From the NCBI RefSeq assembly GCF_001194135.2, contig NC_068998.1, positions 45,404,309-45,468,308 of the forward strand: a stretch of DNA of 64,000 bases. The letters are read 5' to 3'. The notes beneath the pieces were generated by a model that did not search any database, had not been told where the DNA came from, and saw nothing but the letters and a program-made list of their open reading frames with translations. Positions within the stretch are counted from its first letter, which is position 1; every line of letters begins with the position of its first letter. Below are positions 38,403-51,362 of this stretch, one piece after another. The translations under genes were made by a program, and so were the position numbers. This DNA comes from Octopus bimaculoides. Lineage: Eukaryota.

Positions 38403-41400
38403 TTGTTATTATTATTAACAAACTATAGAGTGTTTCAAGCTCTGTTTCTCTTTGTCAGTAACGCCAGTCGCTTTAACGAAGCAACCATAGCGATATTTTT
38501 CTCAACTGTTTTTTATCTAACTGCACATACAATGGATTCCTATTTCTCGTACATTTTTTTTAGGATCCTATCTTTCTATATGCACTGCTTGTAGCTGTAG
38601 CAATCTTTCTATAAATACATACACACACAAGTGCATATATCTGCATACATACATACTTTAATATATATGAATGCTTTGTTTAATCTATAACTTTTGAATA
38701 TTATATTAGACGAACTATTTTGCAACTTTTTTTTAATTATAATGCTTATCACAACATTGATGAAGCTTTTCAAATACGGCTTCAATTTTTATTGTGAAAA
38801 TTTCTCATTCATTATTTTATATATTTGTTAAATTTATAAAACCGTGAGTTTTAGAAACAAATTGGACTTATAATTTGAAATGATAATAAATGTCATGTTT
38901 CAATTTCTATAGTTTATGTATTTTTACTTTTCTCTGAAACTAACGACTACAGTTTTAATATATTTAATTACCAGCTCTTTTGTTTCAATATAAAATATTG
39001 TCAAAGTCTAGAAAGTTTGACCATCTCAGCTATAACGAAACTTAATTTAGGTTGGACATAAAGAAAAACAGTAAGCCTGAATGAAATAAGGTAATTCTAC
39101 AAGTAAAATAAATCAAATATTTTTACTTTTAATTTTGACGATGACTAAGAGATGTTAGCAAATATATCATTCGTAATATTTCTCAAAAACGAAAAAAAAA
39201 AATACAAAAAAAATAAACCTTCTATGTGTCAGATTTTAATATTGTATATATGAAATCTCCTGAGAATCATCTAATCACCATTTAATGGCCATAGATGAAA
39301 TGTGAAATGCGTATTACATGTTATTTTCCCTTCTATTAATAAGATGAAATATTTTTTATAAAAATAAAAAAATTGAAGTATGAAGAAAATCATTTTCTTT
39401 CTTTTTTTTTTTTCCAACTATCAGTTCTGATGCATGACTGACTATGTTCCTCTATTTTCAGTAGATTAAAAACTGATATAATTACTCAGTGAAAACATCT
39501 TTCACCAAACATTCAAATCCGTTGTGGATGTTGTATTTCTGCCTTATTCATCTTGCTATAAATATGCTTTCCAAGCTTCATATTCTAATATGCTGCTTCT
39601 TTTGTTTCTAGTCGTTACCTTGTTTTGTGCATGCTGAATAACTTTTGCACTGATCACATATGAAACTAGTTAATTGAATTTTTACCTTTTTTTTTTTTTT
39701 TTGAGGACCTTTAAAAACACTGATAAAGGATTGGTTGCTGAGTAAAATGTGGTATTTTGGGGGGGTTTTTTCGCTTTAGTATTTACATTTTCTTCTTCTT
39801 TTAGAGTAAAAATAATGACCATTTGAGAAATATAAAATACAGTTTCCTTTTACTCGTTTTTCTCTATCATGGTTTAACTCTTCCAACATAATATTATTTC
39901 AGAACTGTCGGTAAGGACACACTTCAATACATTGATTCATATTATGTTTTGTTTATAGAAAAATTAGGTTTGCTCTATACTATTACAAACATGAGATCAA
40001 ACCATTATATTAGATAAATATAAATCATTTTTCATAGCTTCAGAGGTAAACAGAGGTTTATAAAATAAAAATAACATGATGTTGTTAAAAATGTATTATA
40101 TACATTAGAAACAAAACAATATTGACTTTGTAATTTTCATTTACAAATCAAGCTTATCTCATAACCTTTAGTTTTTTAGCTTTTTTTTCTCCTTTCTCAC
40201 TTTGTAAGCTTAATAACAATGTTGACAGAAGCATTACTGTTTAAGAGCATATTGGGAAAATGTTCAATCTATAATTTCCTTATATTTTAGCATTATCATA
40301 TATATATACTTTAGTTTAGCATCATCCGGTAAAAATATTTGAGAGAGTATTTTTTTTTTTTGTTCTATAAAGATTGGTGAGAAACAAAGTTACAGAACTT
40401 TTTTTAAAAATTATGAAAATTGACTTAGAGCAAAGACAGTAATAAAGTCAACAATTTCATAACAGTTTAAAGCCTTATCATCATGAATATTAAAGTTACG
40501 TACGTGTGTGTGTGTGTGTGTGTGTGTGGTGTTACTAACTGCATTGACAAAACAAATGGAAATAGGTAAAAACAACAGGAGAGTTGCAAGAAAGATGTTT
40601 CAATATTTCCAAGTTTTGAGAACCTTCACTTCAGTGTTAGTGGTATAATAAAAGTCATGACATGAAGAACCAGGCTCAGCATTTGGTAGTAAATTCCATG
40701 TTGAACCAACAAGCTATGCATTGGAGCCTATAAAGAAAAGCAGTTGCTGCTTTTTCAAGTTGAATTAGCACGAAAATAAAGCAGGTAAGCAGCAGGCTCT
40801 GTTTTATTGTACAGAAACTTGTGCAGACTGAAAATTGCTCATTAAGTGAATGCTGTGGATGTCTATATTGATTTAAACATTAACAGATAGCCATCAACAT
40901 CTTACCATGCCCAAGGTGTCAGCAGGAAGTACACAACTCTTTGGTCTCCTGCACAACATGAGGTTTCTCCTCACAGTCCACCAATAACCCACACTGGTTT
41001 TAATAAGCTACCACAAATCTTTACCGTATTTTATAGTTGTCTGCACATGGCTAGAGTGTGATTCACTGTGTACATGACGATTTCTGTAGTGGCAAAATGC
41101 AGTCCACTAGTGATCCATTTGAGTAAAAGAACAGCCAGCGGTAATACACACACAATAAAACTATCTGATTTGTTTGGTATTTACTGCCACTGATTAGCCA
41201 ATAATCCTTTCAAGTAAATGCAACAGCAGTGTTTAAGCAGTGGGCAATACATGCATAGTCACATACACAGTACAATAGTTTATATGTACTGTTCACTGTT
41301 AGTTCTTTCACTGATGTTTCATTTAAGTAAAAGCAATTAGGCGATCCTTAGAAAGGCACAAATAATGATTTTCGTAGGCTGCCACAGAGCTTTGCCTTCC

Positions 41401-43622
41401 CTTACAGTAATCTGGATTCAGCTAAAATATGAAAGCCAGCAGGAGCATAACAATTCCCATGGTAGCAATACATAATGGATACATGAGGACATTGTAAAGC
41501 ACTGGAGCCTTCAAAGAGCAATAGCTATCATTTTCCAAGCTAAATTACCTAGGTCAAAGCAGTAGGTGGCAGCTTTCACCAGGCAGGGAAAAAATTTGTG
41601 CAGCTCAAAAACATAATTCCACCAAAGATTCATTCAATTATAAGTGATTGTGATGTAATGATTAGGCAATGGATAATAACATATAGAAGAATAATAACAC
41701 AATGGTTTTAGTTAGCTGCCAGTGATATTTTTCTCAAATCTCTCTCAAGATTGTTGTCATGTGGTGATGTTCTTTATGGCTTTTTTCTCAGTTTTATTAG
41801 AAACAATGAAAAAAATGGAGTAAAGATTATTTGCCAACATAACATGGCAGTCCTGGTTTAGGACAAATGTTGCTGTAATTTAGCCCTAGGAGACATCGTC
41901 TCCAGCTGGCTATACAACACAATCTGTGTCCTTATATTTTCAAGCAAGGGAATCTAGCACCCCCACTCAGCTCAAAACAATATCTGTGTATAGCGATTTT
42001 TTAAAAATTTGTAGTCATTTGTAGAATGACCATTCAACGCTGCTCTATGTTCTATGCAATTCACCTCAAGTCAGCACCAAGTTCTCATTACAGTTTGTCC
42101 AGAGTTAAAGCAACCACATGTTGTATTCATCCTCAAACTATGCAGCTGACACACAAAACCTTGCCAGATCAGATGGGTGCCTGATGCAGCCTCCTGGCTT
42201 GCCTGTCCTCAGTCAAACCATCCAGCCCATACCAGCATGGAAAGCAGGTGTTAAACGATGATGAGGAGGAGGATATATATACAGACATGCACACATCTGG
42301 AAATCAGAATATAGAAAAACAAGCACCACATTTAGTAGTCTCTGTTCTGTTGTTTATCCTTGACAGATTCTGTATAGCTTTGTTAACATTAAAGCTCATT
42401 GATAGTTTATTTTCATTAGTTTCTCTTACATAGCATTTACAAGGAATAATCACAATAGAAATATGAAACTGTTTCATTCATTAAATCAAAAGTTGCGAAA
42501 ATCTCTTTACTTTTTTTGATCATTTCACTTACAAGAGTGGCTTGGTGATTGCAATATAGAGGATTTAGATATTGTATTACAATATTTGGGTCATGTCATT
42601 TAATTCAACCGTTTTATTCATTAGACTTATTAAAAGAATAGGACTAAAATGTCATATTTAATCATTTGATATCTACACTTTGAATGGTAAATAACTCAAT
42701 GTCTTAAAAGTAACCTGACATATGAAGCTTATTAAACAGGTAGAAATAAGACTTTATCTTACAAAGTTCACATCATAAGATATATTTTGATTAAGTAGAG
42801 GGTTATGCATTTGATGAACAACTAGATTTTTGTCAGGGGTGGGAGGAGTTAAAGTGTTGTAATTTCAAATGTAAATTTTCTTTAAATAACTTTACCAGCA
42901 GGGGAAATGATTTCATGCTCTGCAGCATGAGCTAGAATTTGAGCAGATTTAGCAATCCATCTTGTCTTCTTTGAAATTAAGGTCTATGTTCTCAAAATGT
43001 TACTTTGATTGGAAAAAGTTGAGGGTTGGTGACAGGAAAGGCATTCAGCTGTAGAAAATCCTGCCTCAATAAACTCTGACCCATGGAAGCATGAAAAAGT
43101 AGATATTGAAATAATGATGCTGTCTATTAGAAGCGAAGAAAAATAGCCTTTCTTACATAGAAAGGCCCTTTTACCACACCCTCTTACTTCCTTAACAATC
43201 AGAATTTCATTTAGTCTCAGTTCCTTATTGAAAATAATGTTATCCAAGTGTTATTCTATGTGTCAATATAGGTGTAAGGTTATTTTTCCATTATTCCACC
43301 TTTATCAAATGAAAAGTCAGGTATTCTAACAATAATCCATCCCCTCACTTAAGTGCTCCACAATTAAGGCAGCATCTGCACACTCATAAAATGTTAAATT
43401 CTACCTTAATGGTGACCTACTACACACAGATACATGTACAGATATTTACTTGTATAGCACCTTTTCCTTTTGACATAAAGATATACTGAAATGTGCAAAC
43501 TTTATGAAATACCTATCTATATATATACATACATACATATGTGCATATATATATACATACATATATATATATATATTATAAAAAATTAAAGAAGGAAAAT
43601 GCACACACTTTACATAGTTTTG

Positions 43623-43825
43623 ATATATTCTTTAATATATTTTATATTGTTTGTCGACTGGTTTCACTTTAGCTAATCATGACGTTAAAATTATTTTAAT
43701 TACGTATTTTCTTAAAGAAAAAAATTTTCTTAAGAAAATACATAATTAAAATAATTTTAATGTCATGATTAGTGAAAGTAAAACTGGTTGACAAACACAA
43801 TATAAAGTATATTTTAAAATATATT
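43623..43825. repeat. AT-rich palindrome of about 200 bp with no spacer (probable MITE)
   Basis: TATATTGTTTGTCGACTGG...TTTTCTTAAAGAAAA mirrors TTTTCTTAAGAAAA...CTGGTTGACAAACACAATATA; centre near 43724. Confidence 0.75.
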
Positions 43826-44894
43826 AATACTATGTAAAGTGTGTTCATTTTCCTTCTTTAATTTCTTATATATACTACATCTCACCATGTGGGGATAATT
43901 GAAATTCGTCCCTTTCTGTTCTATATATATATATTTATTTTTATCTGAATGGGTAAAAAAAATAAAAGTGTGTAGTGTTGCATTTAATAAGTTCCAAAAT
44001 TTAAGCAAAATCACAACAAAGGGACAAACAGAAAATTCACACACATGATGGGATGTTGCTAATTCTTTGTCAGTTAGGCATGAAATTGTAAGGATCCTTT
44101 GGACAGTAACTGATGAGGAATTAGCAACTTTTCAACATGTATAGGAATTTTCTGTTTTATCCTTTGTTGTGTTTCAGTTTAAATTTTAGAACTTTGTGTG
44201 TGTGTGTGAGTGTTTTGACATTAGCTGAAAGGAAATCTGGATTAAAAAAGAAATCAAGTGTTGTGAGCAAGAAGACTGAATTGATACAGACAAAAGATGC
44301 ATTTGGAGGATGACAACTGAGTAAAAAGATGTCTGAAACAATCTGACTGCAGAAGAGAAAGATCACAGAAGACATAAGAAAATATATTTCCAGAGACTAA
44401 ACCCGGATAAGAAAGTTACAAAAAATAATGCACATGACATGATCTATACAACCCATAAAAGCATGGGAAAACAATGTAAAATGATGACGATGATGGTATC
44501 ATATATCAACCAATTGCACTTCCATTCCTCATTTAGTTTGTTACTAGTTCCAGTTAAAAATATCCATTTCATTTCTCTGATATTATCTTTAATGAGAAAT
44601 ACTTTCAGAGAGAGAGGGGTGGGGGTGTATTTCAAAAATGTAGTGATTGTTAGATATCAAGTTGTTTTTACAAAATAGTATAGCAATGAAACAAACAATT
44701 AATTACATTCTAAATTGTTAATTAAAATAGATTACGTTCTGAATAATTCCAAAGATCACAAATTTTATAAGGCTTTCACTGCCAGTTGTAACCATTTTGC
44801 TTGAGAACAATTTCTCTAAAGCACTTAACCATTCTTCTAATAAAATTAATAATAATGATTTCTGGTGCCAGTATTATTATTATTATTATTAAGA

Positions 44895-45075
44895 AGAAGA
44901 AGAGCAGTGAATTGACAGAATCATTAGAGTAAATAAAATACCTTCTGGTATTCGTTATGAGTTCAAAACTCAAAAAGAGGTTAACTTTACTTTTTATCTT
45001 TCTGAAATAAGATAAAGTACCAGTCATATACTAGAGTTGACTTCACTCCTCCCCATAAATTTGTTGCCTTGTGTA
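44895..45075 (+). mobile_element. Decayed SINE family D
   Basis: GAATTGACAGAATCATTAG...GAGTTCAAA...GATAAAGTACCAGT. Confidence 0.65.
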
Positions 45076-45202
45076 TATGATAATTATAGTTATTTTCACT
45101 AACATTAGAACATTCTTAATGTAGAATTTGATATTATAATTCCATTTGCCTTCTTTAGCTAATAATTATAATACTCTACTCATTGACAAACTGTGCCTTT
45201 AA

Positions 45203-45421
45203 CCCTTTAGCATTTAAACCAGCCATATCTGGCCCAACTACTTTACCTGTTCTATGTTCAAACTGGCCAGATCTAACCTCTCACACTTATGCTACAATGT
45301 CATTCTAAAAATAAAGAAATCACATCATTGGAACCACGTAGCTACAAGATAATACATGATTAATTCAAGATTGTGAATAAATAAGCTTCACATTTGACAG
45401 AATATTCTGAATGCTAAAGGG
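45203..45421 (+). mobile_element. piggyBac-like MITE, complete (219 bp)
   Basis: TTAA|CCCTTTAGCATT...AATGCTAAAGGG|TTAA: perfect 12-bp TIRs and TTAA TSD. Confidence 0.85.
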
Positions 45422-48400
45422 TTAATGTAATTAAATATTATTAAAGTGTTTAGCCTGTGAAATTTCTATATCTCACAGACTTAATAGTACATATGATTCA
45501 AAGACATTTTTTAATATTGTAGTAAACTATGTTACAAATTCATAACTAGCTTATTTGTAAGACTAAGTTAATTAATTTATAATTATTGAATTAAAGTTGA
45601 GTACTTTTGGTTGTGTGAAAGTTGTCAGCTCCAGGTTCCATTGTCTTTAGTAGCTTAATCAATATTTTTTGTCTTGTAGCAACCTAGAATTAACACAAGA
45701 AGTGTTTGTTCTTAATGCTAGAGTGATGTTGATTATATGTAGTTATAGCTTTATTTCCTTACACCAATCAACAAAACAAAAGGAGTTTCACTATACAAGT
45801 GGTCATAGTTATTTAATTAGCTTATTTTCATCTAATTTTTTTTTTAATTAATCAAGTAAAACTATAATTCCGAATCACAAAATGTAACACTGCTTAGGGA
45901 AAAAAAATGGTATTTTCTCTCCTGCCAGAAATATACATAAACTGATGTTATATTTAGTGATTATAATTAAAGAAAGATTTAAAATTTTTAAAAACAAACT
46001 ATGTTTTTAAAAAGTTATTTCATGGTCATAGAGAATGGTCAGACCATTGTCAAATTTGTCAAAAGAGTAACATAGATATGTTCATTTTCTATTAATGAAT
46101 AGAAAAGCTCTTGCTTGAATTCTCATGATGGCATTGCCAGAAAGTGAAGACTAAATCATTTTTGATATAGTTACCCAGGGAGCATATGTATCAAACAACA
46201 ATCACAAATAAATTATCATCTTTTGACAAAATTGGTAATAGTAGACTAACTTTGTGACCTTTTCCAAACCCAGATTCCCCTGGACAATCTGAAAACAATC
46301 CAAATTTTCTTCTGTTTATGCCTCACACTTGTCTATGCTGTATAATAACAAATTTAAACGTTGAATATTAAATTGAATCTGAGTGTTGGTCAATTTTATT
46401 GTTTTCTTATTATCTGTAGAGTTAGCAAGACAATGTGGGATGTTTGGCTTAACTGTACTCTTGGATAGTTTTTGGTTTTGTTTAGTAATACACACACACT
46501 CACATTCACTTGAATGGATTTCCATGAATATATTATGGTTTGGATATGATTTTCTTTCAATCCAGAAACTAGATGGTAAAATTATAACTTATATCATACA
46601 TGTTTTACTTCATCATCATCATCATCCATCATCCATCATCATCATCATCATTCTTTCTTCTTCAGTTGTTCTTCATTTTCTCCTATTCTTATTATTAGAT
46701 GGACTGACATTAGAGAAGATTCCTTTTGTCTTTCTGGAACCATATTGAAACTACTTAAAATTCTTTTAAACTCAAGTGAATATTGTTCCTTAATTTTTCC
46801 ATCTATTTTTTTTTTTTTTTTACTTTCATTGTTTCAGAGTATCGCTGGTCGTACAATGGTGACGTATTATTTTTTTTGCATTGTCTCATTACTGTTGTTT
46901 AGAGATTGTCCCTGCTCAGTTTATTCTTTTTATTTTTATCTATCTCTCTCTATATATACATCTATCTAACTCAAACAAAAAAGGGGAATATGAACTTACT
47001 TCTTACATCATCATCTCCATCATCTTGAAAATTAAAAAAAAACCGCATTCAATAACTTATTACTCTTGATTCAAATAGAATTAAACATTTAAGAGATTCC
47101 AGTGAACATTAACAATTTCAAATAACAAATGTGAGAGAACAACATTGATAAAACTATTTTGTTTGCCTTAATCTTGTAAAGCTATCTGCATGGTTTTTCA
47201 ACGATTAAGTTTTCTGGTTAAAACTTTTAATCATTTTCAATTAAATTACTTTTGAAACTAATGTTTAAAATTTTATTTTAATCCAATCTGAATTTATTTC
47301 AATGTATTTTTTAAAACTGCCGTTAATACATCTTAAATACATCTTGGAAAGAAAATCATCTATAAAGAGTTAAAACAAAGAATTATATTGTGTTTGTGTC
47401 CATCAGGTTTATGAACATTTACAAACCATTCCCTTTAGTTGGTCTGGCACTATAAACTCAATACTTCTGCAGGTCATTATAAAAATTGCACTGGGAAGAT
47501 ATGTGAAAACTTGATGTCACAGCTGATGTTCTCTGAAGTTTCTCCATTCCTTAGTTAAATCAATTCAGAAATTTGAATTCCAAGAAAATCTTCATCATCT
47601 TCAATCTCTCTCCTATCATTCCTGAGTTCTGTTTGATCAACATATTCTAGACTCTTCCTTTATCCTATAATTTCTCCCTAAATAGACACTTACATTTCTC
47701 TTAACTATTCCATGTTACTATATTTAACTTGTAGAACAGCTATCATTATAATACTTCAAACCTTAATGTTCAGTCTTATAAAGTTTAGCAAAAACAATAA
47801 TAATAATCCTTTTCCAATTATCAGTTCCATTGATATTAGATTTTGATGACTCAAATTATAGAGGAATATTGTTTATCAATAGAAAAATAGAAAAATAATT
47901 TTCCAAATTAAATTAACAACTTTATTCCTATTTGGCTTAAATTTTTTGTTTAGGTTATTTACAAAATTCTTATAGGTGAAATGGTTAGTACACATGATTT
48001 GTTAAATAGATTATTGAAACAATTTAATTTTAAACAAAATTGATTATCAATGGACTATACAACTATCCTTAACCAAACTTCAAACAATGATTTTTCACCA
48101 AAATATTTTCATATCTGTAATTATTCATACGGACATGACATTCTTTTCTTTGAATAGAAAACAAATTTTTTAAAATGTTTTTCTCATGATAAAATAACTT
48201 TTAAAAAACAACAAAACATTTTACTATCTCACTGATCTGTCATTATTATAACATTGAAGTATGTTTGATTTATTCATTAAAACAAATAGTTATTTTACTG
48301 TTAGTTCAATCACGTATTCCCTTTTTATGTCTGCATCTTCAACTGACAACATTTCTCTCAATACAACACAACATAAGCTTAGTGTCACACTGACTTTATT

Positions 48401-49067
48401 TCCTGCATGAAATTTTTTCATCTTCAACAAAATTATTTAAAAAAGAAAAAAAGATAAAAAAAATTTTTTTTCAAATTATCATTATTATAAAATCGAAAAA
48501 AAAAAACGAAAAAAACTATTTATTATCTTTTCAAATGTTTGATATGTATTTTATACCTTTGCATTACACATTTGTTTTGCTATGTTGCTCTGCAGCTTTC
48601 TTCGAACATTTTGCCTTTTGCATGGATATAGAATTATGTTTCATAATTTTTTTCTTTTATTACATTCTGCATCATGCATGGTTTTTGCCTCATTAACAGT
48701 TGTATTTTTTCATGTGTGTGTGTGTGTGAATATGTATGTGTACATATATGTATGTATATATATATATGTGTGTATATAAATATATATTTATATATACAAA
48801 CATACATACAGCATTGTTGTTTTTTATCATCACTTTAACATCTACTTTTTATGCTTGTTTGGGCAGACAAAGTTCATTGAGGCAGATTTTTTATGCCCAG
48901 ATGCCCTTCTCTTCTTATTGCCAACAATCACCTGTTTCTTCCATGTAAGGTAATATTCCCCACTGACCTGACATGGAAAATTGGAAATAAACGGTACCAT
49001 TTGTATAAAAGTGTTGCTTGTTTACCAATATCATGTGCAGTCAAACCAAGGGGACACACACACACAC

Positions 49068-49122
<55 letters not shown>

Positions 49123-49649
49123 ATGAATTTCTTTCAATTTCTTCACACCAAATCCACTCAAAAGGTTTTGGTTGGCCCAGAGCTGTAGTAGGTGTCACTG
49201 GCATGCAGTGGGGCTAAATCAAAGAGCTACATGGGAATCAAATTTCTTAGCATTCATGCATATACTTGTGAGTGTATGTATGTGTGTGTGTGTCTGTGTA
49301 TGTACATGTGTGCATGTATATGTATGTAACTATTGATAATACATTCACTAAGCTATTATTAAATTCATCTTCAGACATACATAAGCTCTATCATTGACTG
49401 TACATGATTTCAGATCTGAGAAACTCTCCACAGATATGATCTTTAATGAATAGAGCAAGTTTTTATTGACTAAACAAAACCCTTGGTCTCAGTGACTAGA
49501 AAATATTGTACAGTGGAGAAACCTTAGAAAGTCAGGTGCCATTTATCCATGTGGACAACGGTGTTAAACAATGGGGTACAATTTCACTGACTTTATTCCC
49601 CACATACTATGTACCCATGACTACTCATGATTATGATGAAGGCATCTTT

Positions 49650-50330
49650 GTCAGTTATTGAAAATCAGATCAACTCTCCAACCTGAATCATTTCAAAGTT
49701 TAGTTGAAGACCTTCATAACTCATGTGGTGTTCCTGTTCACTGGAACACATTATTCAGAAAATAATGAACTTCTTCTTCAGTATCTTTCCTGCTTTTGGA
49801 CTTACAATAAACCTGAAGAAAACTAAGATGATATTTACTTATGTTCCAAAGAACCCACATGTGGAGACAAAGACATGACATATCTCAACGGCACTGCCTC
49901 CATAGATGGATTCATGGGTTCTGAGATGAACCTGAAGATTGATATGGCTCCCACTGAAACTTGGGACATTGGACAAAGGGGTCAGACAGGGTTTTGAAAC
50001 TGTCCATCAAGCTTTGCATCTTTGATGCTTATGTTGTCATATCCCACAACTGTGTTGGGTGGCTTGTATCAACGACAAATCAAAATACTCAAAATATTTC
50101 ACCAGAAGAGTCTAAAGCATGCATTAAACATCAGCTGGAAAATCTCTTACACCTGATACAGAAGGCTGTCTCACTATGTAAGCTTAGTTAATCCAGTATC
50201 ATATGCTGTACGTAAATCATATCATCCATTTTGATAATCTCAGGCTTCCAAGGCTATTACTTTATGGTGAAATAGTTGTTGGTAAGCATCCCCAACACAT
50301 ACCAAAAAATGAGATTTCATGAGATCACAG
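49650..50330 (+). mobile_element. Old RTE LINE reverse-transcriptase remnant
   Basis: Frame-shifted peptides FGLTINLKKTKMIF, LKLSIKLCIFDAYVV and HIIHFDNLRLPRLLLYGEIVVGK, in the order expected for RTE RT C-terminal motifs. Confidence 0.75.
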
Positions 50331-50424
50331 GAAACAACGGAAGTTGTTCGAATATTAACATTGTCAATTTGAAAAATCTCATGTATATATATATATATAT
50401 ACATACACATATATCTGTACATTT

Positions 50425-51122
50425 TCCAACAAAGTTAGTGTGCCATTATGAGACTACATTTCAATTAAGCTGTTTAATTAACTGCTGAAATTGCACGTGT
50501 CAGGGATGTGAGAATTCACATATTGCAGAGGAGCATCATTTTAATTTTCCAGGAGTTACACTATGGTGGGGCTTACCTTCAAAACCACTTGTTGGACCAT
50601 TCCTTTTTCATGATACAGTGATTGTTCATATTTACTCAGACTTTCTGCAACAACTTATAATGCCAAGCATTCAAGAAGACTCTGAAGACATAGAGTTTTA
50701 TTTCAAGCAACATGAGGTACCCTGCACTACCACAGTAACATAAGGGCCTGGTTGCCAAAGAAATGAATTGCACAAAGATATTCAGTAGAATATACCCTGC
50801 ATTCACTGAACCATTAGAAAACTTTTATGGAATTACTTAAAAGATAAATTTTGTGGCACAAAAGGGGCACCAGTCAACAAATTGAGGGCAACCACTGAAT
50901 AACAATGCACACAAATACCAATTGAAATGCTTCTTTGTGCATACAATTCTATCATTTTACATAATCATTACTACCTGAACTGAACTTTCCATCCGTTTCA
51001 AAACAAGGCATTCATAAATTCTGTTGGTGGATTCTTTTAAATTTTCAAAATGTTATGTATTTTAATAAACATCGACTTTATAACCATTCAATGGGTGTTT
51101 GCATTTTTAGGAGGGACACCAT
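50425..51122 (+). mobile_element. Decayed Tc1/mariner-superfamily transposase with right TIR
   Basis: FPTKLVCHYETTFQLSCLINC*NCTCQGCENSHIAEEHHFNFPGVTLWWGLPSKPLVGPFLFHDTV...FYFKQHE...LLWNYLKDK corresponds to decayed WSDEATF...NC-YW-ENPH...VWCG...GP-FF...FQQDG...FLWGYLKDK; ends GGGACACCATATA. Confidence 0.75.
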
Positions 51123-51319
51123 ATAATTACATGCATATAATTACACGCATGCATAAATGTATACATATAATTAATAATCATACTATACAATGGAAATTGA
51201 ACTTAGAGATTTTCCATTTATTCAAAACACCTATTTCCTCCAGGAATATTCCTTTTTACTACTGTCCATGGAAGTGCTTCTCAATATAAATGCCTGGATT
51301 AACTTAGCACTACTGACTT

Positions 51320-51362
<43 letters not shown>

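Noticed and set aside
38415-38470. Minus-strand CTGACAA...GAAA hammerhead-like string
   Set aside because: G8 is mutated, stem II has about 2 bp and no stem I can be formed; too degenerate to call.
40770-40790. Strong donor CAG|GTAAGC inside the long intron
   Set aside because: The phase-0 and phase-1 frames upstream contain stops and there is no good pyrimidine tract; isolated consensus matches are expected in 43 kb.
40960-41110. Minus-strand peptides WTAF...YTVNH and WVIGG resembling Merlin/ISXO2 transposase
   Set aside because: The motifs are very short, interrupted by stops and in the wrong order; an HMM search would be needed.
46526-46575. MNILWFGYDFLSIQKLD as an alternative N-terminus
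   Set aside because: It ends in phase 1 and hits a stop when spliced to the phase-0 55425 exon.
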